A stretch of DNA of 64,000 nucleotides from an uncultured Bacilli bacterium (GCA_910586295.1 CAJUGE010000011.1:22798-86797), one strand, 5' to 3'; numbered from the stretch's first letter, positions 10,051 through 20,725 are shown. Numbers and translations: made by a program. Notes: generated from the sequence alone by a model not told the origin.

Positions 10051-11994
10051 CTAAGAGTCATTTTTATTTAAACTTGCCAAATCAAAACTAGGCTCAGTAC
10101 CTTTTATATAAAATAAAGTATCCTTAACAGACAAATCACTTGTACTTCCAGAAATAGGATTAACAATTGAAGCAGTAACACCTTTAGGAATATCATACCA
10201 AGACGCTTCCTTTCCTTCTAAATAAGCTTCAATTACTCTAGCCCATATCTTTTTAGTTACCTTAGAAGGCACTTGGTTAATATCTTGATTATCATCAAAA
10301 CCATTCCAAATTATAACTAAAGCATTTGGATTATACCCCACTACCCAGTAATCAGTGTTAGTTGTTCCAGACTTAACGGCATACTTTTTAGTTAACAACC
10401 CGCTTACAGGAAGTAAGGTGGGACTAGTATAATCAATATAATCATAATTGTAAGTATTACTCATCATCTCATTCAAAATAAAGGTGTATCTACTATCTAA
10501 CACTGCTTCTTCTTCATAACTTGCTTCATATAAAACATTACCCTCTAAATCCGTAACTTTTCTAATAAATCTAGGTTCATTCTTAATACCATTATTAGCT
10601 AATGTTGCAAAAGCATTACTAAAATCAATCATATCTATCTCAGTAGTACCTAAAGATAGAGAAACATTATTAGGAAGATTTGTCTTAATACCCATTCGTT
10701 TTCCCGTATCTTTAAGAACAGTAGTACCTAAAAATAAATGAGTTTTAACTGCAAAAATATTATCGGATAAAGCAATGGCTTCGCTCATAGTAATAGGCTT
10801 ATTAGCATAATTATTCGCATAATTAGTAGGACTATAAGTCTCATTATTACCTATAGTAAAAGTAGTAGGCTCACTAACAAAAGTAGAAGAAGCTGTCATT
10901 CCGTTCTCTAAAGCAGCGTAATAAAGAATAGGCTTAAAAGTAGAACCTACTTGTCTCTTGGCATCAACTGCCCTATTAAACTGGCTTTCATTATAATTCT
11001 TACCACCTATTAAAGCAACAACATTTCCAGACCTTGGTTCTCTAATAATTGCGCCAACTTGTAATTCTCCAGTCTCTGCCATCTCCTCTTGAACAATGCT
11101 TTCTAAATTCTTTTGTGCATCCACATCCATATTAGTATAAATCATAAGCCCACTTGTATCTATTAATGACTTTGGTATCTCAGAAATAGAATTAAGTTCA
11201 TCCATAACAGCATCCTTATAATATAAAGAACTTACAACATAATTATTAGCCTTAACTCCATGAAAAGTTAACTCTTCATTAACAGCACTAACCATATCTT
11301 CCTTAGTAATATATCCATTATCATACATACTCTGCAAAACTACTTTCTGTCTATTCTTAGCATTTTCATAATAATAAATAGGATTATAATAAGTTGGATT
11401 TTTAGGAATACCAACAATCATAGAAGCCTCCGCCAAAGTCAAATCTTTAGCATGCTTATTAAAATAGTACAAACTCGCATCCTCTATACCATAATTTCCA
11501 GCACCATAATTGATAGTATTAATATATCCTTCCAAAATCTCATCTTTACTATAATGAACTTCCAACTCAAAAGTAAGATACGCTTCCTCTATCTTTCTAT
11601 TCCAAGTTTTATCAAAAGTTAAAAACAAATTCTTAATATACTGTTGAGAAATCGTAGAAGCGCCTTGACTTAATTCTCCAGTTTTTATATTATTATACAT
11701 AGCTTTAATAATTCTGAGATAATCAAAACCATTATGAGAATAAAAATTCTTGTCTTCTGTCGCAATAATCCCATCTTTAGCATATTGACTAACATCTGAT
11801 AAACTTACCCAAGAAGTATTAGAAGAATTTTCGTAAAACACATTGCCATCTTTATCAAACATGACAATTCTATTAGAACCATGAATATCCATTTTAGGAG
11901 TAATATAGGCATATAAATAAAGTCCTAGTAAAGCAAGCATACCTAGAATAAAAGTAAAAACAAAACATTTCCACAAAAAATACAATTTTCTCAT
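10051..11994 (-). CDS. Class A penicillin-binding protein (GT51 transglycosylase + transpeptidase)
   Basis: N-terminal TM segment; GT51 motifs EDKNFYSHNGFD and QGASTISQQY; transpeptidase STFKP active-site motif. Confidence 0.9.
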   Translation of the reverse strand: MRKLYFLWKCFVFTFILGMLALLGLYLYAYITPKMDIHGSNRIVMFDKDGNVFYENSSNTSWVSLSDVSQYAKDGIIATEDKNFYSHNGFDYLRIIKAMYNNIKTGELSQGASTISQQYIKNLFLTFDKTWNRKIEEAYLTFELEVHYSKDEILEGYINTINYGAGNYGIEDASLYYFNKHAKDLTLAEASMIVGIPKNPTYYNPIYYYENAKNRQKVVLQSMYDNGYITKEDMVSAVNEELTFHGVKANNYVVSSLYYKDAVMDELNSISEIPKSLIDTSGLMIYTNMDVDAQKNLESIVQEEMAETGELQVGAIIREPRSGNVVALIGGKNYNESQFNRAVDAKRQVGSTFKPILYYAALENGMTASSTFVSEPTTFTIGNNETYSPTNYANNYANKPITMSEAIALSDNIFAVKTHLFLGTTVLKDTGKRMGIKTNLPNNVSLSLGTTEIDMIDFSNAFATLANNGIKNEPRFIRKVTDLEGNVLYEASYEEEAVLDSRYTFILNEMMSNTYNYDYIDYTSPTLLPVSGLLTKKYAVKSGTTNTDYWVVGYNPNALVIIWNGFDDNQDINQVPSKVTKKIWARVIEAYLEGKEASWYDIPKGVTASIVNPISGSTSDLSVKDTLFYIKGTEPSFDLASLNKNDS

Positions 11995-12101
11995 AATTTT
12001 CTCCTAAGTATTATTATTAAAAAAAAACTTAAAAATATAAGCAAAAAATACATATAAAATGTACATATTTAGAATATAATAAAAAAGATTAAAAAAACCA
12101 C

Positions 12102-12129
12102 TTGATTTATTACAAAATATAAGTATAAT
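12102..12129 (+). promoter_or_regulatory. Sigma-A-type promoter TTGATT-16-TATAAT upstream of rpoE
   Basis: Good -35/-10 hexamers 30 bp upstream of the RBS AAAGGAG. Confidence 0.45.
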
Positions 12130-12158
12130 TTTGAGTGATAAGTAAAGGAGACAAAAAC

Positions 12159-12596
12159 ATGAAATTTAAGAATAAAACAATCGAAGAATTAGAAACAATG
12201 TCATTCGACGACTTAGCATACGAAATACTTAAAGAAAAAGGAAAAAAGATGAAAACTGCAGATATATTCAAGATTATCTGCGAGATATTAAATCTTAGTG
12301 AAAGTGAATTTGAAGCACAAATAGCAGATTTCTTCACACTACTTGCTACAGAAAAAAGATTTATTCAACTTGAAAAAGGATTTTGGGATTTAAGAGAAAA
12401 TCATACTGCTAAAATCGAATTAGAAGAAGTAGAAGACGAAGAAGATGAAATCCTAGATGATGCAGAAGACGAGCAGTCAGAAGATGAAGAAGATGAATTG
12501 TATTTAGATGAAACAAAAGAAGCAGACGATGACACTCCAGAAGATGACTTAAAAGATTTAGTTGTTTTAGACGAAGAAAATGAAATAGACCTTTAG
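12159..12596 (+). CDS. rpoE: RNA polymerase delta subunit RpoE
   Basis: N-terminal HARE-HTH-like domain (LAYEILKEKGKKM...FTLLATEKRFIQL) followed by a polyacidic D/E tail; AAAGGAG RBS. Confidence 0.7.
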   Translation: MKFKNKTIEELETMSFDDLAYEILKEKGKKMKTADIFKIICEILNLSESEFEAQIADFFTLLATEKRFIQLEKGFWDLRENHTAKIELEEVEDEEDEILDDAEDEQSEDEEDELYLDETKEADDDTPEDDLKDLVVLDEENEIDL

Positions 12597-12648
12597 CTAA
12601 ATTGTCCTTATCTATAATATAATATAAGACAAAAAGAAAGGTGAAATC

Positions 12649-13710
12649 ATGATAGAAAGATTAAAAATAATTGAAGAAAGATATAATTTTTTAACAGAAG
12701 AATTAATGAAGCCAGAAGTATATAATGACTACAAAAAGATGACAACACTTTCAAAAGAAAAAACATCTTTGGAAACTATTGTTAATGCAGGAAAAGAATT
12801 AAATTCATTAATAGAAGACATAGAAATAGCCAAAGAAATGTCACACGATCCAGAAATGAGCGAATTTGCTCACACCGAAATAGAAAATCTAACCGTAAAA
12901 AAAGAAAAATTAGAAGAAAGCATCACAATAATGTTACTACCTAAAGATCCAAATGATGACAAAAATGTTATAATGGAAATTAGAGGAGCAGCAGGAGGAG
13001 ACGAAGGAAACATATTCGCAGGAGACTTATTTAGAATGTATTCGAAATATGCAGAAAGAAATAAATGGAAATTAGAAGTTACCAATGAAATTGAAGGCGA
13101 GTCTGGAGGCTACTCAATTATAGAATTTATATTATCTGGAGACAATGTTTACTCAAAGTTAAAATATGAAAGTGGTTCTCATCGTGTTCAAAGAGTTCCA
13201 GCAACAGAGTCACAAGGTAGAGTTCATACATCAACTGCTACAGTTTTAGTCATGCCAGAAACTGAAGATGTAGAAGTGGAACTCCTAGACAAAGATTTAA
13301 AAATAGATGTTTGCCGTTCTAGTGGTGCAGGAGGACAAAGTGTAAATACCTCAGACTCTGCAGTAAGAGTAACTCATGTACCTACAGGCTTAATGGTATA
13401 TTGCCAGGTAGAAAGAAGTCAAATTAAAAATAAGGAACGAGCATTAACTATACTTAAATCTAGGCTTTATGATTTAAAACAAAAAGAACAAGAAGCAGCG
13501 CTAGGAGCAGATAGAAAATCTAAAATAGGAACAGGAGACCGTTCAGAAAAAATAAGGACATATAACTATCCACAAAATAGACTTACTGACCATAGAATAA
13601 ACTATACTGTAATGCACCTAGACAAAATTATGGAAGGTGACATGGAAGACTTAATAGAAACATTAATTACGGAAGATCAAAAACTTAAAATGGGTGTACC
13701 TAGTGAATAA
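12649..13710 (+). CDS. prfA: Peptide chain release factor 1
   Basis: PAT tripeptide (RVPATESQG) and GGQ motif; followed by prmC. Confidence 0.95.
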   Translation: MIERLKIIEERYNFLTEELMKPEVYNDYKKMTTLSKEKTSLETIVNAGKELNSLIEDIEIAKEMSHDPEMSEFAHTEIENLTVKKEKLEESITIMLLPKDPNDDKNVIMEIRGAAGGDEGNIFAGDLFRMYSKYAERNKWKLEVTNEIEGESGGYSIIEFILSGDNVYSKLKYESGSHRVQRVPATESQGRVHTSTATVLVMPETEDVEVELLDKDLKIDVCRSSGAGGQSVNTSDSAVRVTHVPTGLMVYCQVERSQIKNKERALTILKSRLYDLKQKEQEAALGADRKSKIGTGDRSEKIRTYNYPQNRLTDHRINYTVMHLDKIMEGDMEDLIETLITEDQKLKMGVPSE

Positions 13711-14449
13711 TAATCTAAATATTCCGCAAAGAGAATTAGAAGAACTAAAAAAAGTAAATGGATTAACTAAAGAAAATATAAAAAAGTTAGAAAACAACTA
13801 CCCTATTCAATACTTAATAGGGTACACTAACTTTTATGGGTTAAACATAATAGTTAATGAAAACGTTTTAATTCCAAGATATGAAACAGAATACTTAGTA
13901 GAAAAACTGATAAAATACATTAAGAAAAATAATTTTAATAATCTAAAAATTCTAGACCTATGCACAGGTTCAGGATGTATAGGTTTAACCTTAAAAAAAG
14001 AACTAAAAAATGTAGAAGTATCAATGTCCGATATTTCAAAAGAAGCTTTAGAAGTAGCAAGGAAGAATAAAGAAAACTTAAAATTAGACGTTACATTAAT
14101 GGAAAGTGATTTATTTGATAATATAAAAGATAAAGATTTTGACATTATAGTAAGTAATCCCCCATATGTAATGACTGCAGAGAATTTACCTAAAAATGTG
14201 TTATTCGAGCCACATCAAGCTCTATTTAGTGGAGAAAAAGGAATAAACCATATAGAAGTAATAATAAAAAACTATGAAAAATACACAAAAAACAAATCTA
14301 TATTAGCATTAGAAATAAATGAACAAAGTAAAAACGAAATAACAAATCTTATAAATAAATATATTACTTCAAATATTAAATATTCCTTTGAAAAAGATTT
14401 AACAGGAAGAATCAGATACTTATTCATCTTTAGAAACATGGAGACTTAA
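13694..14449 (+). CDS. prmC: Release factor glutamine N5-methyltransferase PrmC (HemK)
   Basis: NPPYV motif, LDLCTGSGCIG SAM site; 17-nt overlap with prfA. Confidence 0.9.
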   Translation: MYLVNNNLNIPQRELEELKKVNGLTKENIKKLENNYPIQYLIGYTNFYGLNIIVNENVLIPRYETEYLVEKLIKYIKKNNFNNLKILDLCTGSGCIGLTLKKELKNVEVSMSDISKEALEVARKNKENLKLDVTLMESDLFDNIKDKDFDIIVSNPPYVMTAENLPKNVLFEPHQALFSGEKGINHIEVIIKNYEKYTKNKSILALEINEQSKNEITNLINKYITSNIKYSFEKDLTGRIRYLFIFRNMET

Positions 14450-15100
14450 ATGAAAATAAAAGATTTAGATAAGAAATATGACGAATTGCAAAAAGAATAT
14501 GGAGATAAAAGCCTTCATTCAATTTATAATGGTGGCTGTGAAGAGAATCCAATAGTTTGTTTCGTATTTATGAACCCAACAGGTAGAAACATAGCTTCTT
14601 ACAGTACTTGGAAAAGTAGACGCTCTCCCTGGATAGGAACAAAGAATATATGGAAATTGTTTTATAAAATAAACTTGCTAGACAAACCAGTCTTTGAAAA
14701 AATTCAAGAAATCAAACCCAATGACTGGACAGAAGACTTTGCCGAAGAAGTATATCGAAACGTTTCAAAACATAAATATTTTATAACGAATTTAGGTAAA
14801 TGTAATCAAATAGATGCAAGACCTTTACCAGATAAAGTCTATAAACAATACTTGGATTTGTTATATAAAGAAATAGAAATAATAAATCCTAAAAAAATAA
14901 TAACATTTGGCAATCAAGTAAGTAGTATATTTTTGGATCAAACTATAAATGTATCTAAATGTAGAAAAACAAAATTTATAAAAGAAATAAATAATAAAAA
15001 ATATGAAGTCTACCCTACTTATTATCCAGTAGGAAATGGAATGAGAAATATAGATATCGCAGCAGAAGACATAAAATACATCTTAGAAAAAGAAAGGTAG
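14450..15100 (+). CDS. Uracil-DNA glycosylase-superfamily-like protein (family 4-like fold)
   Basis: IVCFVFMNPTGRN and FITNLGKCNQ resemble UDG-family motifs; assignment by recall only. Confidence 0.4.
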   Translation: MKIKDLDKKYDELQKEYGDKSLHSIYNGGCEENPIVCFVFMNPTGRNIASYSTWKSRRSPWIGTKNIWKLFYKINLLDKPVFEKIQEIKPNDWTEDFAEEVYRNVSKHKYFITNLGKCNQIDARPLPDKVYKQYLDLLYKEIEIINPKKIITFGNQVSSIFLDQTINVSKCRKTKFIKEINNKKYEVYPTYYPVGNGMRNIDIAAEDIKYILEKER

Positions 15101-15108
15101 AAGAAGTA

Positions 15109-15411
15109 ATGAATATAAGAGAAATGCAAAAACAAGCCTATAATAACAAAGTAAAAAAAGGATTTAATATTGATAATATAGAAAAGGAATTTTGCTTTAT
15201 GTACAAAGAAGTAGCAGAAGCATATGAAGCGTATTATAGAAAAAAAGAAGATTTAGGAGAAGAACTGGCGGACATTGCAATATATTTAATGGGACTATCA
15301 GAAATATTAGGAATAGATTTACAAAGCGAAATAGAAGCTAAAATCGAAAAAAACAAAAAAAGAGTATACAAAGTAGATAATGGTGTAGCTACAAGAATAA
15401 GTGAAAATTAA
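15109..15411 (+). CDS. Small MazG-like nucleotide pyrophosphohydrolase domain protein
   Basis: EELADIAIYLMGLSE matches the MazG/NTP-PPase EExxD helix. Confidence 0.5.
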   Translation: MNIREMQKQAYNNKVKKGFNIDNIEKEFCFMYKEVAEAYEAYYRKKEDLGEELADIAIYLMGLSEILGIDLQSEIEAKIEKNKKRVYKVDNGVATRISEN

Positions 15412-15470
15412 ATTTAATGAATAAAAAAATCAAATCAACCACAATATTAATCAGAAAGGTTGGTTTTTTA

Positions 15471-15995
15471 ATGAAAAAACTATTAATAATAATCGCAGGA
15501 CTTATATTAGTAATAACATTTATAAATAAAGAAGAAGACTATGTAATAGTACCAAATACATCAATAAGATTCAGAATAATTCCAAATAGCAATACTATTG
15601 AAGACATAACTATAAAAGAAAAAATAAAAGACGAAATAAACGATGTAATAAAAAATATAGAAGCATCAAGCACAGACATAACAACTTCCAGAGAAAAAAT
15701 AAACTCTGCAATACCAGAAATAGAAGAAAAGATAAATGATTTATTTGAAAAAGAGAACTATACAAAAGATTATAAAATAAACTATGGAATGAATTACTTT
15801 CCAGAAAAAATATATAAAGGTGTAAAATACCCAAGTGGAGAATACGAATCGATGGTAATCGAAATAGGAGAATCATCTGGAGATAACTACTGGTGTGTAC
15901 TATTCCCACCGCTTTGTATGATAGACGCAGAAGAAAGTGAAGAAGTAGAATATAAATTCTTTATAAGTGAAATAATAAAAAAATATTTTAAATAG
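15471..15995 (+). CDS. spoIIR: Stage II sporulation protein R
   Basis: Signal peptide; IRFRIIPNSNT, YPSGEYES and NYWCVLFPPLCM match conserved SpoIIR blocks (IRLRILANSDS / YPAGEYEA / NWWCVLFPPLCF). Confidence 0.8.
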   Translation: MKKLLIIIAGLILVITFINKEEDYVIVPNTSIRFRIIPNSNTIEDITIKEKIKDEINDVIKNIEASSTDITTSREKINSAIPEIEEKINDLFEKENYTKDYKINYGMNYFPEKIYKGVKYPSGEYESMVIEIGESSGDNYWCVLFPPLCMIDAEESEEVEYKFFISEIIKKYFK

Positions 15996-16040
15996 AATAA
16001 AATTCGCCTAACGTTACTATAATTAACTAGGTGAATTTTT

Positions 16041-16574
16041 TTGGAAATAATATCATTAATTTTAATTGGTTTGTCTTTAAGCATGGATGCTTTTACTCTC
16101 TCTCTCTCATATGGCCTTTTGAGTGTGCCTAAAAGAAGAGTGTTATTAGTATCACTTTCAGTTGGAATATTTCACTTTATCATGCCACTCTTAGGAATGC
16201 AAATTGGAAACGTAATAAATATGATAGTACACACTAACTTTAAAATAATTCTAATACTAGTACTAATAATAATTTTAATTGAAAGTATTAAATCACTAAA
16301 AGAAGAAACAGATAAAGAATATGACTTAAATTTAATAAATATAATTATATTCTCTATTCTTGTCTCATTTGATAGTTTTAGTGTTGGAATTGGATTAAAA
16401 TACATAACAGATAATATTTATCTCGGTTCATTAATATTTACTATCTTAAGTTTTACATTTACCTATGCAGGATTTACATTAGGAAGTATTCTAAAGTCAA
16501 AAGCGATGGAAAATTCAAAACTACTTGGTGTAATTCTATTAAGTATAACAATAGTGTATTTTATATGTAAATAA
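16041..16574 (+). CDS. MntP/YtaF-family membrane protein (putative Mn efflux / sporulation membrane protein), TTG start
   Basis: SLSMDAFTLSLSYG signature of the DUF204/MntP family; six TM segments. Confidence 0.55.
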   Translation: MEIISLILIGLSLSMDAFTLSLSYGLLSVPKRRVLLVSLSVGIFHFIMPLLGMQIGNVINMIVHTNFKIILILVLIIILIESIKSLKEETDKEYDLNLINIIIFSILVSFDSFSVGIGLKYITDNIYLGSLIFTILSFTFTYAGFTLGSILKSKAMENSKLLGVILLSITIVYFICK

Positions 16575-16639
16575 AATTAGAAAATATTGACTTATAAGAT
16601 ATAAAAATATTATAGTATAAGAAAGGAAAGGTCGTTATT

Positions 16640-17890
16640 ATGCCAAAATTAAAAATAGAAGGTGGAAATCTTTTAACAGGAAATATAGAAATAAGTGGTT
16701 CAAAAAACAGTGCAGTTGCACTACTACCAGCAGCAATACTTTGTAGTTCAAAAAGTAAAATTTTAAGTGTTCCAAAAATAAGAGATATAGAATACTTATT
16801 AAAAATATTAGAAGTTTTGAACTGTAAATATGAGATAAAAAATCAAGAGTTAGAAATTGATACTACTAGTTTAAAAAATTTTCCAATTCCAGAAGATTTA
16901 AGTGAACAAATGAGAGCTTCTTATTATTTTATGGGTACTCTTCTAGCAAGATTTCATTATGCAGAAATTTCATTTCCAGGAGGATGCGTAATTGGAGCTA
17001 GACCTATAGATTTACATATCAAAGGATTCGAAGCATTAGGAGCAAAAGTTACGCTAATTAAAAATAAATACATAATTGAAGCAGAAGAATTAACAGGAGC
17101 TCACATACATTTAGACTTTGCGAGCGTAGGAGCAACAATAAATATAATGTTAGCAGCCTCACGTGCCAAAGGGGAAACAATAATTGAAAATGCAGCGCAA
17201 GAACCAGAGATTGTAAATGTTGCAGAATTTCTAATAAGTGCTGGATGTGAAATAACTGGTGCAGGAACAAATAAAATAAGAATAATGGGCAGAGAAAACT
17301 TAGACAATGGAGAAATAAACGTATGTCCAGATAGAATAGAAGCTGCTACGTACATTATAATGGGAGCTTTGATAGGAAAAAATTTATGTATAAAAAATCT
17401 TAATCTTAATCATATCGAATCGGTATTAAAAAAATTATCAGAATGTGGAGTGTCTTATGAAACAAAAGAAAATGAGGTAATAATTTCTAAATGCACGAAA
17501 ATACTCCCAACATCTATAGTTACAGAAACATATCCAGGATTCCCTACTGACATCCAACCACCTTTCGCAACTCTCTTAACACAAGCAAATGGAATATCTT
17601 CTATATTAGAAACAATTTACGAATCAAGATTTAAATACGCAGAATCATTAAAATCAATGGGAGCAATTACTATAACAGAACAAAACTTATTAACAATTAA
17701 AGGTCATACAAAATTAACTGCACAAAATCTTTATGTTCCAGACCTAAGAGGAGGTGCAGCTCTTGTACTGGCAAGTCTAATAGCAGAAGGAACGTCATAT
17801 TTAGATAATATATCTCTAATTTTAAGAGGCTATGAAGACATTGTAGAAAAATTAACTAATGTAGGTGCTAAAATTCAAATAATCGAGTAA
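16640..17890 (+). CDS. murA: UDP-N-acetylglucosamine 1-carboxyvinyltransferase
   Basis: Typical MurA N-terminus KLKIEGGNLLTGNIEISGSKNSAVALLPAAIL; 416 aa. Confidence 0.95.
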   Translation: MPKLKIEGGNLLTGNIEISGSKNSAVALLPAAILCSSKSKILSVPKIRDIEYLLKILEVLNCKYEIKNQELEIDTTSLKNFPIPEDLSEQMRASYYFMGTLLARFHYAEISFPGGCVIGARPIDLHIKGFEALGAKVTLIKNKYIIEAEELTGAHIHLDFASVGATINIMLAASRAKGETIIENAAQEPEIVNVAEFLISAGCEITGAGTNKIRIMGRENLDNGEINVCPDRIEAATYIIMGALIGKNLCIKNLNLNHIESVLKKLSECGVSYETKENEVIISKCTKILPTSIVTETYPGFPTDIQPPFATLLTQANGISSILETIYESRFKYAESLKSMGAITITEQNLLTIKGHTKLTAQNLYVPDLRGGAALVLASLIAEGTSYLDNISLILRGYEDIVEKLTNVGAKIQIIE

Positions 17891-17911
17891 AATATTACGA
17901 GGATGATATTT

Positions 17912-18634
17912 ATGAAAAAGAAAAAACTTGTAATATTTTTTCTTGCATTAATTGGAGTATACATAATTTATAACTTAACATATAAAGAAACAACAAACTA
18001 TCTTGCCATAGGCGATGAATTAGCAAAAGGCCACACCCCATTTGATACTTATAGTGAATCGTACACTGATTATCTTTATAATTACCTTTTGTCTCAAGAT
18101 GAAAAAATGACAATAAACAAAGAATTTATAAGTGAAGATTTAAGAATAAAAGACTTACTAGAAAATATAAAAAATCCCAGTGTTTATCAAGAAAAAAATC
18201 TACCACAAGCTATAAAAAATGCTAATATTATAACAATTTCTATTGGAAGTGAAGAATTATTTGCAAAGCTTAGATCAAATAATTGGAAAACTTCAAATGA
18301 AAGATTATACGAATTTATAGATGAAATGATTAAAGAACTAGAGATTTTAATAGATGAAATACAAAAAATAAAAAAGACAGAAATTTATGTAATTGGCTAT
18401 TATAATCCATTAGTATATAATGAAGAAAATGAAACAAAATTAAAAAGTTTATTTAATTACATAGATATAAAATTAAAGGATTTAGAGAAAACAAAAAATA
18501 TTAATTATGTAGAAATAGCTTCAGAATTTAGCTCAAAAACTTATTATCTTCCAAATAAAGAGCATGCTTTTCCATCCTTAGAAGGTTATAACTATATTGC
18601 AAATGAAATAATAAAAAAAATAGAAAGTAATTAA
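17912..18634 (+). CDS. Secreted SGNH/GDSL-hydrolase-like protein with non-canonical catalytic residues
   Basis: Signal/TM anchor; block I LAIGDEL (Ser->Glu), block V-like EHAFPSLEGY. Confidence 0.4.
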   Translation: MKKKKLVIFFLALIGVYIIYNLTYKETTNYLAIGDELAKGHTPFDTYSESYTDYLYNYLLSQDEKMTINKEFISEDLRIKDLLENIKNPSVYQEKNLPQAIKNANIITISIGSEELFAKLRSNNWKTSNERLYEFIDEMIKELEILIDEIQKIKKTEIYVIGYYNPLVYNEENETKLKSLFNYIDIKLKDLEKTKNINYVEIASEFSSKTYYLPNKEHAFPSLEGYNYIANEIIKKIESN

Positions 18635-19711
18635 CTTCTTAAATAACTTTCTAAAAATTTATCAATATTGCCATCTAAAACTCCATTTACATCACTTGTC
18701 TCTTCCAAAGTTCTCAAATCTTTTACCATACTATAAGGACACATTACATAATTTCTAATTTGACTTCCAAAATTCACATCCATAACAGCGCCCTTTAATT
18801 CATTTAGTTTCTTATCAACAGTCTCTTTCTCAAGTAAATAAAGTTTACCTTTTAAAATATCCATAGCTTTTTCTTTATTCTTTATTTGACTTCTCTCATT
18901 TTGACAAGTAACAACAATATTTGTTGGAATATGAGTAATTCTAACAGCAGAATCCGCAGTATTTACACCTTGTCCCCCTGCTCCACTACTTCTATAAACA
19001 TCTATTCTTAAATCTTCATCTCTAATTATAACATTTACACTAGTATCAATTTCTGGAGTAACTAAAACTGAAGCAAAAGAAGTATGACGTCTTTTATTTG
19101 AATCAAAAGGACTAATTCTAACCAACCTATGAACACCAGTCTCACCTTTTAAATAACCAAACGCATTTAATCCCTTCACATTAATAGTAACACCTTTAAT
19201 TCCAACTTCCTCACCAAGTTGTTCGCTAACTATTTCATATTTATAATTAGTCTTAGTAAAATATCTCAAATACATTCTCTTAATCATATTAGCCCAGTCA
19301 TTACTCTCAGTACCACCAGCACCACTATGAATCTCAATATAACAATTATTCTTATCAAACTCACCACTTAGTAAAATCTCATTAGTAAGTTTATTAATAC
19401 TATCATTAATAAATTCTAAATCTTTATTTAAAAGTTGATAATCTTCATCACTACTAGCCATTTCAGAAATTTCTAAATCATCATTAACCATAGTTAAAAT
19501 ACTATCATACAAAGTCACACTATTTTCTAAAAAAGATAATTTCTTAAGAATTTCATTAGAATTACTACTACTCCAAAAATTTTCATCAGAACTAATGGTC
19601 TTTAATTCTTGAATTTCTCTTTTTTTATTAGTATAGTCAAAGTGACCTCCCTAGAGATTCTAACTCTTGTTTTTTTTCAAAAAATATTTCTTTATAATTT
19701 GTTTCCATCAT
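18631..19711 (-). CDS. prfB: Peptide chain release factor 2, with programmed +1 ribosomal frameshift at CTT TGA C (plus-strand 19636-19642)
   Basis: SPF tripeptide and GGQ; N-terminal 24 codons in the 0 frame end in the in-frame UGA of CUU-UGA-C, preceded by the SD-like GGGAGG; remainder in the +1 frame. Confidence 0.95.
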
Positions 19712-20280
19712 TCTTCATCTCCTAACAAAATAACTTCATCTCCGTTTTTCAAATTGAAAGCATTAGCTTCATCAGTATCTAGATGTAATTCTAAATTATA
19801 ATTATCTTGTGACTTAACTATAATGTTATCTAAAATTCCACCTCTGTCTCCTAAAATTTTAACTCTTACTTTTTTTCCATCAAACATATTAAACTTTTTT
19901 AAATCACTGCTATTAACATGTAAATGTCTATTTGCGATAATACAAGAATTTTTAATAACTTTTTCTTTATCTAAGTATTTTAAAGTAACATCCACCGCAC
20001 CATTAAAATCTCTACTCATTCTTATTGGAGGATTAATCCCTAACTTATAAGAATCCGTTTTACTTATCTCCACTTGAGAATGTTTCCTAAGTGGCCCTAT
20101 TATTCTAACATTTTTTATTTCATTTTTCTCTGTCTTAATAGTAACGAGCAAATTAGAAGCAAATTCTCCATTTTGAGATAAATCCTTAAACTTAGTAAAC
20201 TCTATATTACCAAAAAAGAACTCATAATCTTCTTTACATAAATGAATATGCCTATTACTTACTCCAACTTTTATATTCAT
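19708..20280 (-). CDS. PduL-family phosphate acyltransferase-like protein
   Basis: Two repeats of the PduL motif (VGVSNRHIHL ... IANRHLHV); stop TGA overlaps the prfB ATG (ATGA). Confidence 0.6.
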   Translation of the reverse strand: MNIKVGVSNRHIHLCKEDYEFFFGNIEFTKFKDLSQNGEFASNLLVTIKTEKNEIKNVRIIGPLRKHSQVEISKTDSYKLGINPPIRMSRDFNGAVDVTLKYLDKEKVIKNSCIIANRHLHVNSSDLKKFNMFDGKKVRVKILGDRGGILDNIIVKSQDNYNLELHLDTDEANAFNLKNGDEVILLGDEE

Positions 20281-20360
20281 AATTTCTCTCCTATATAAAT
20301 TATATAATAAAAGTGTCCAAAATTCCATAGTTACATATCTTATAATTAGGAGGAATCAAA

Positions 20361-20687
20361 ATGAACGGAAGTTATTACAAGAATCCAATGTTTCCAATGG
20401 ACACTATGTATGAAAGGGACACTGAAGCTCCAGGAGGCTTAAATGATTTAACTATGGAACAAAGTTACATAGAAAATATTCTTAGATTAAATAAAGGTAA
20501 AAAAGCTACAGTATATTTAAGCTTTACTGATTCAATCAACTGGCGAGATAAAATATTTACTGGAATTATAGAACAAGCAGGAAGAGATCATATAATTTTA
20601 AGTGATCCAGTGACAGGTAAGTGGTATATGCTTCTAATGATATATTTAGATTATGTTGAATTTGATGAAAGAATAAATTATAAATAA
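20361..20687 (+). CDS. Spore coat protein GerQ-family domain protein (short form)
   Basis: EQSYIENILRLNKGKKATVYLSF ... AGRDHIILSDP ... LLMIYLDYVEF match conserved GerQ blocks. Confidence 0.6.
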   Translation: MNGSYYKNPMFPMDTMYERDTEAPGGLNDLTMEQSYIENILRLNKGKKATVYLSFTDSINWRDKIFTGIIEQAGRDHIILSDPVTGKWYMLLMIYLDYVEFDERINYK

Positions 20688-20691
20688 AAGA

Positions 20692-20725
20692 TAGACTCTA
20701 CAAATCCAGTAGAGTCTAAATTATT
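20692..20725 (+). terminator. Hairpin terminator (10-bp stem tagactctac/gtagagtcta), weak U-tract
   Basis: Perfect 10-bp inverted repeat directly after the stop codon. Confidence 0.5.

Noticed and set aside
12110-12337. 75-aa minus-strand ORF overlapping rpoE
   Set aside because: Antisense to rpoE; no support.
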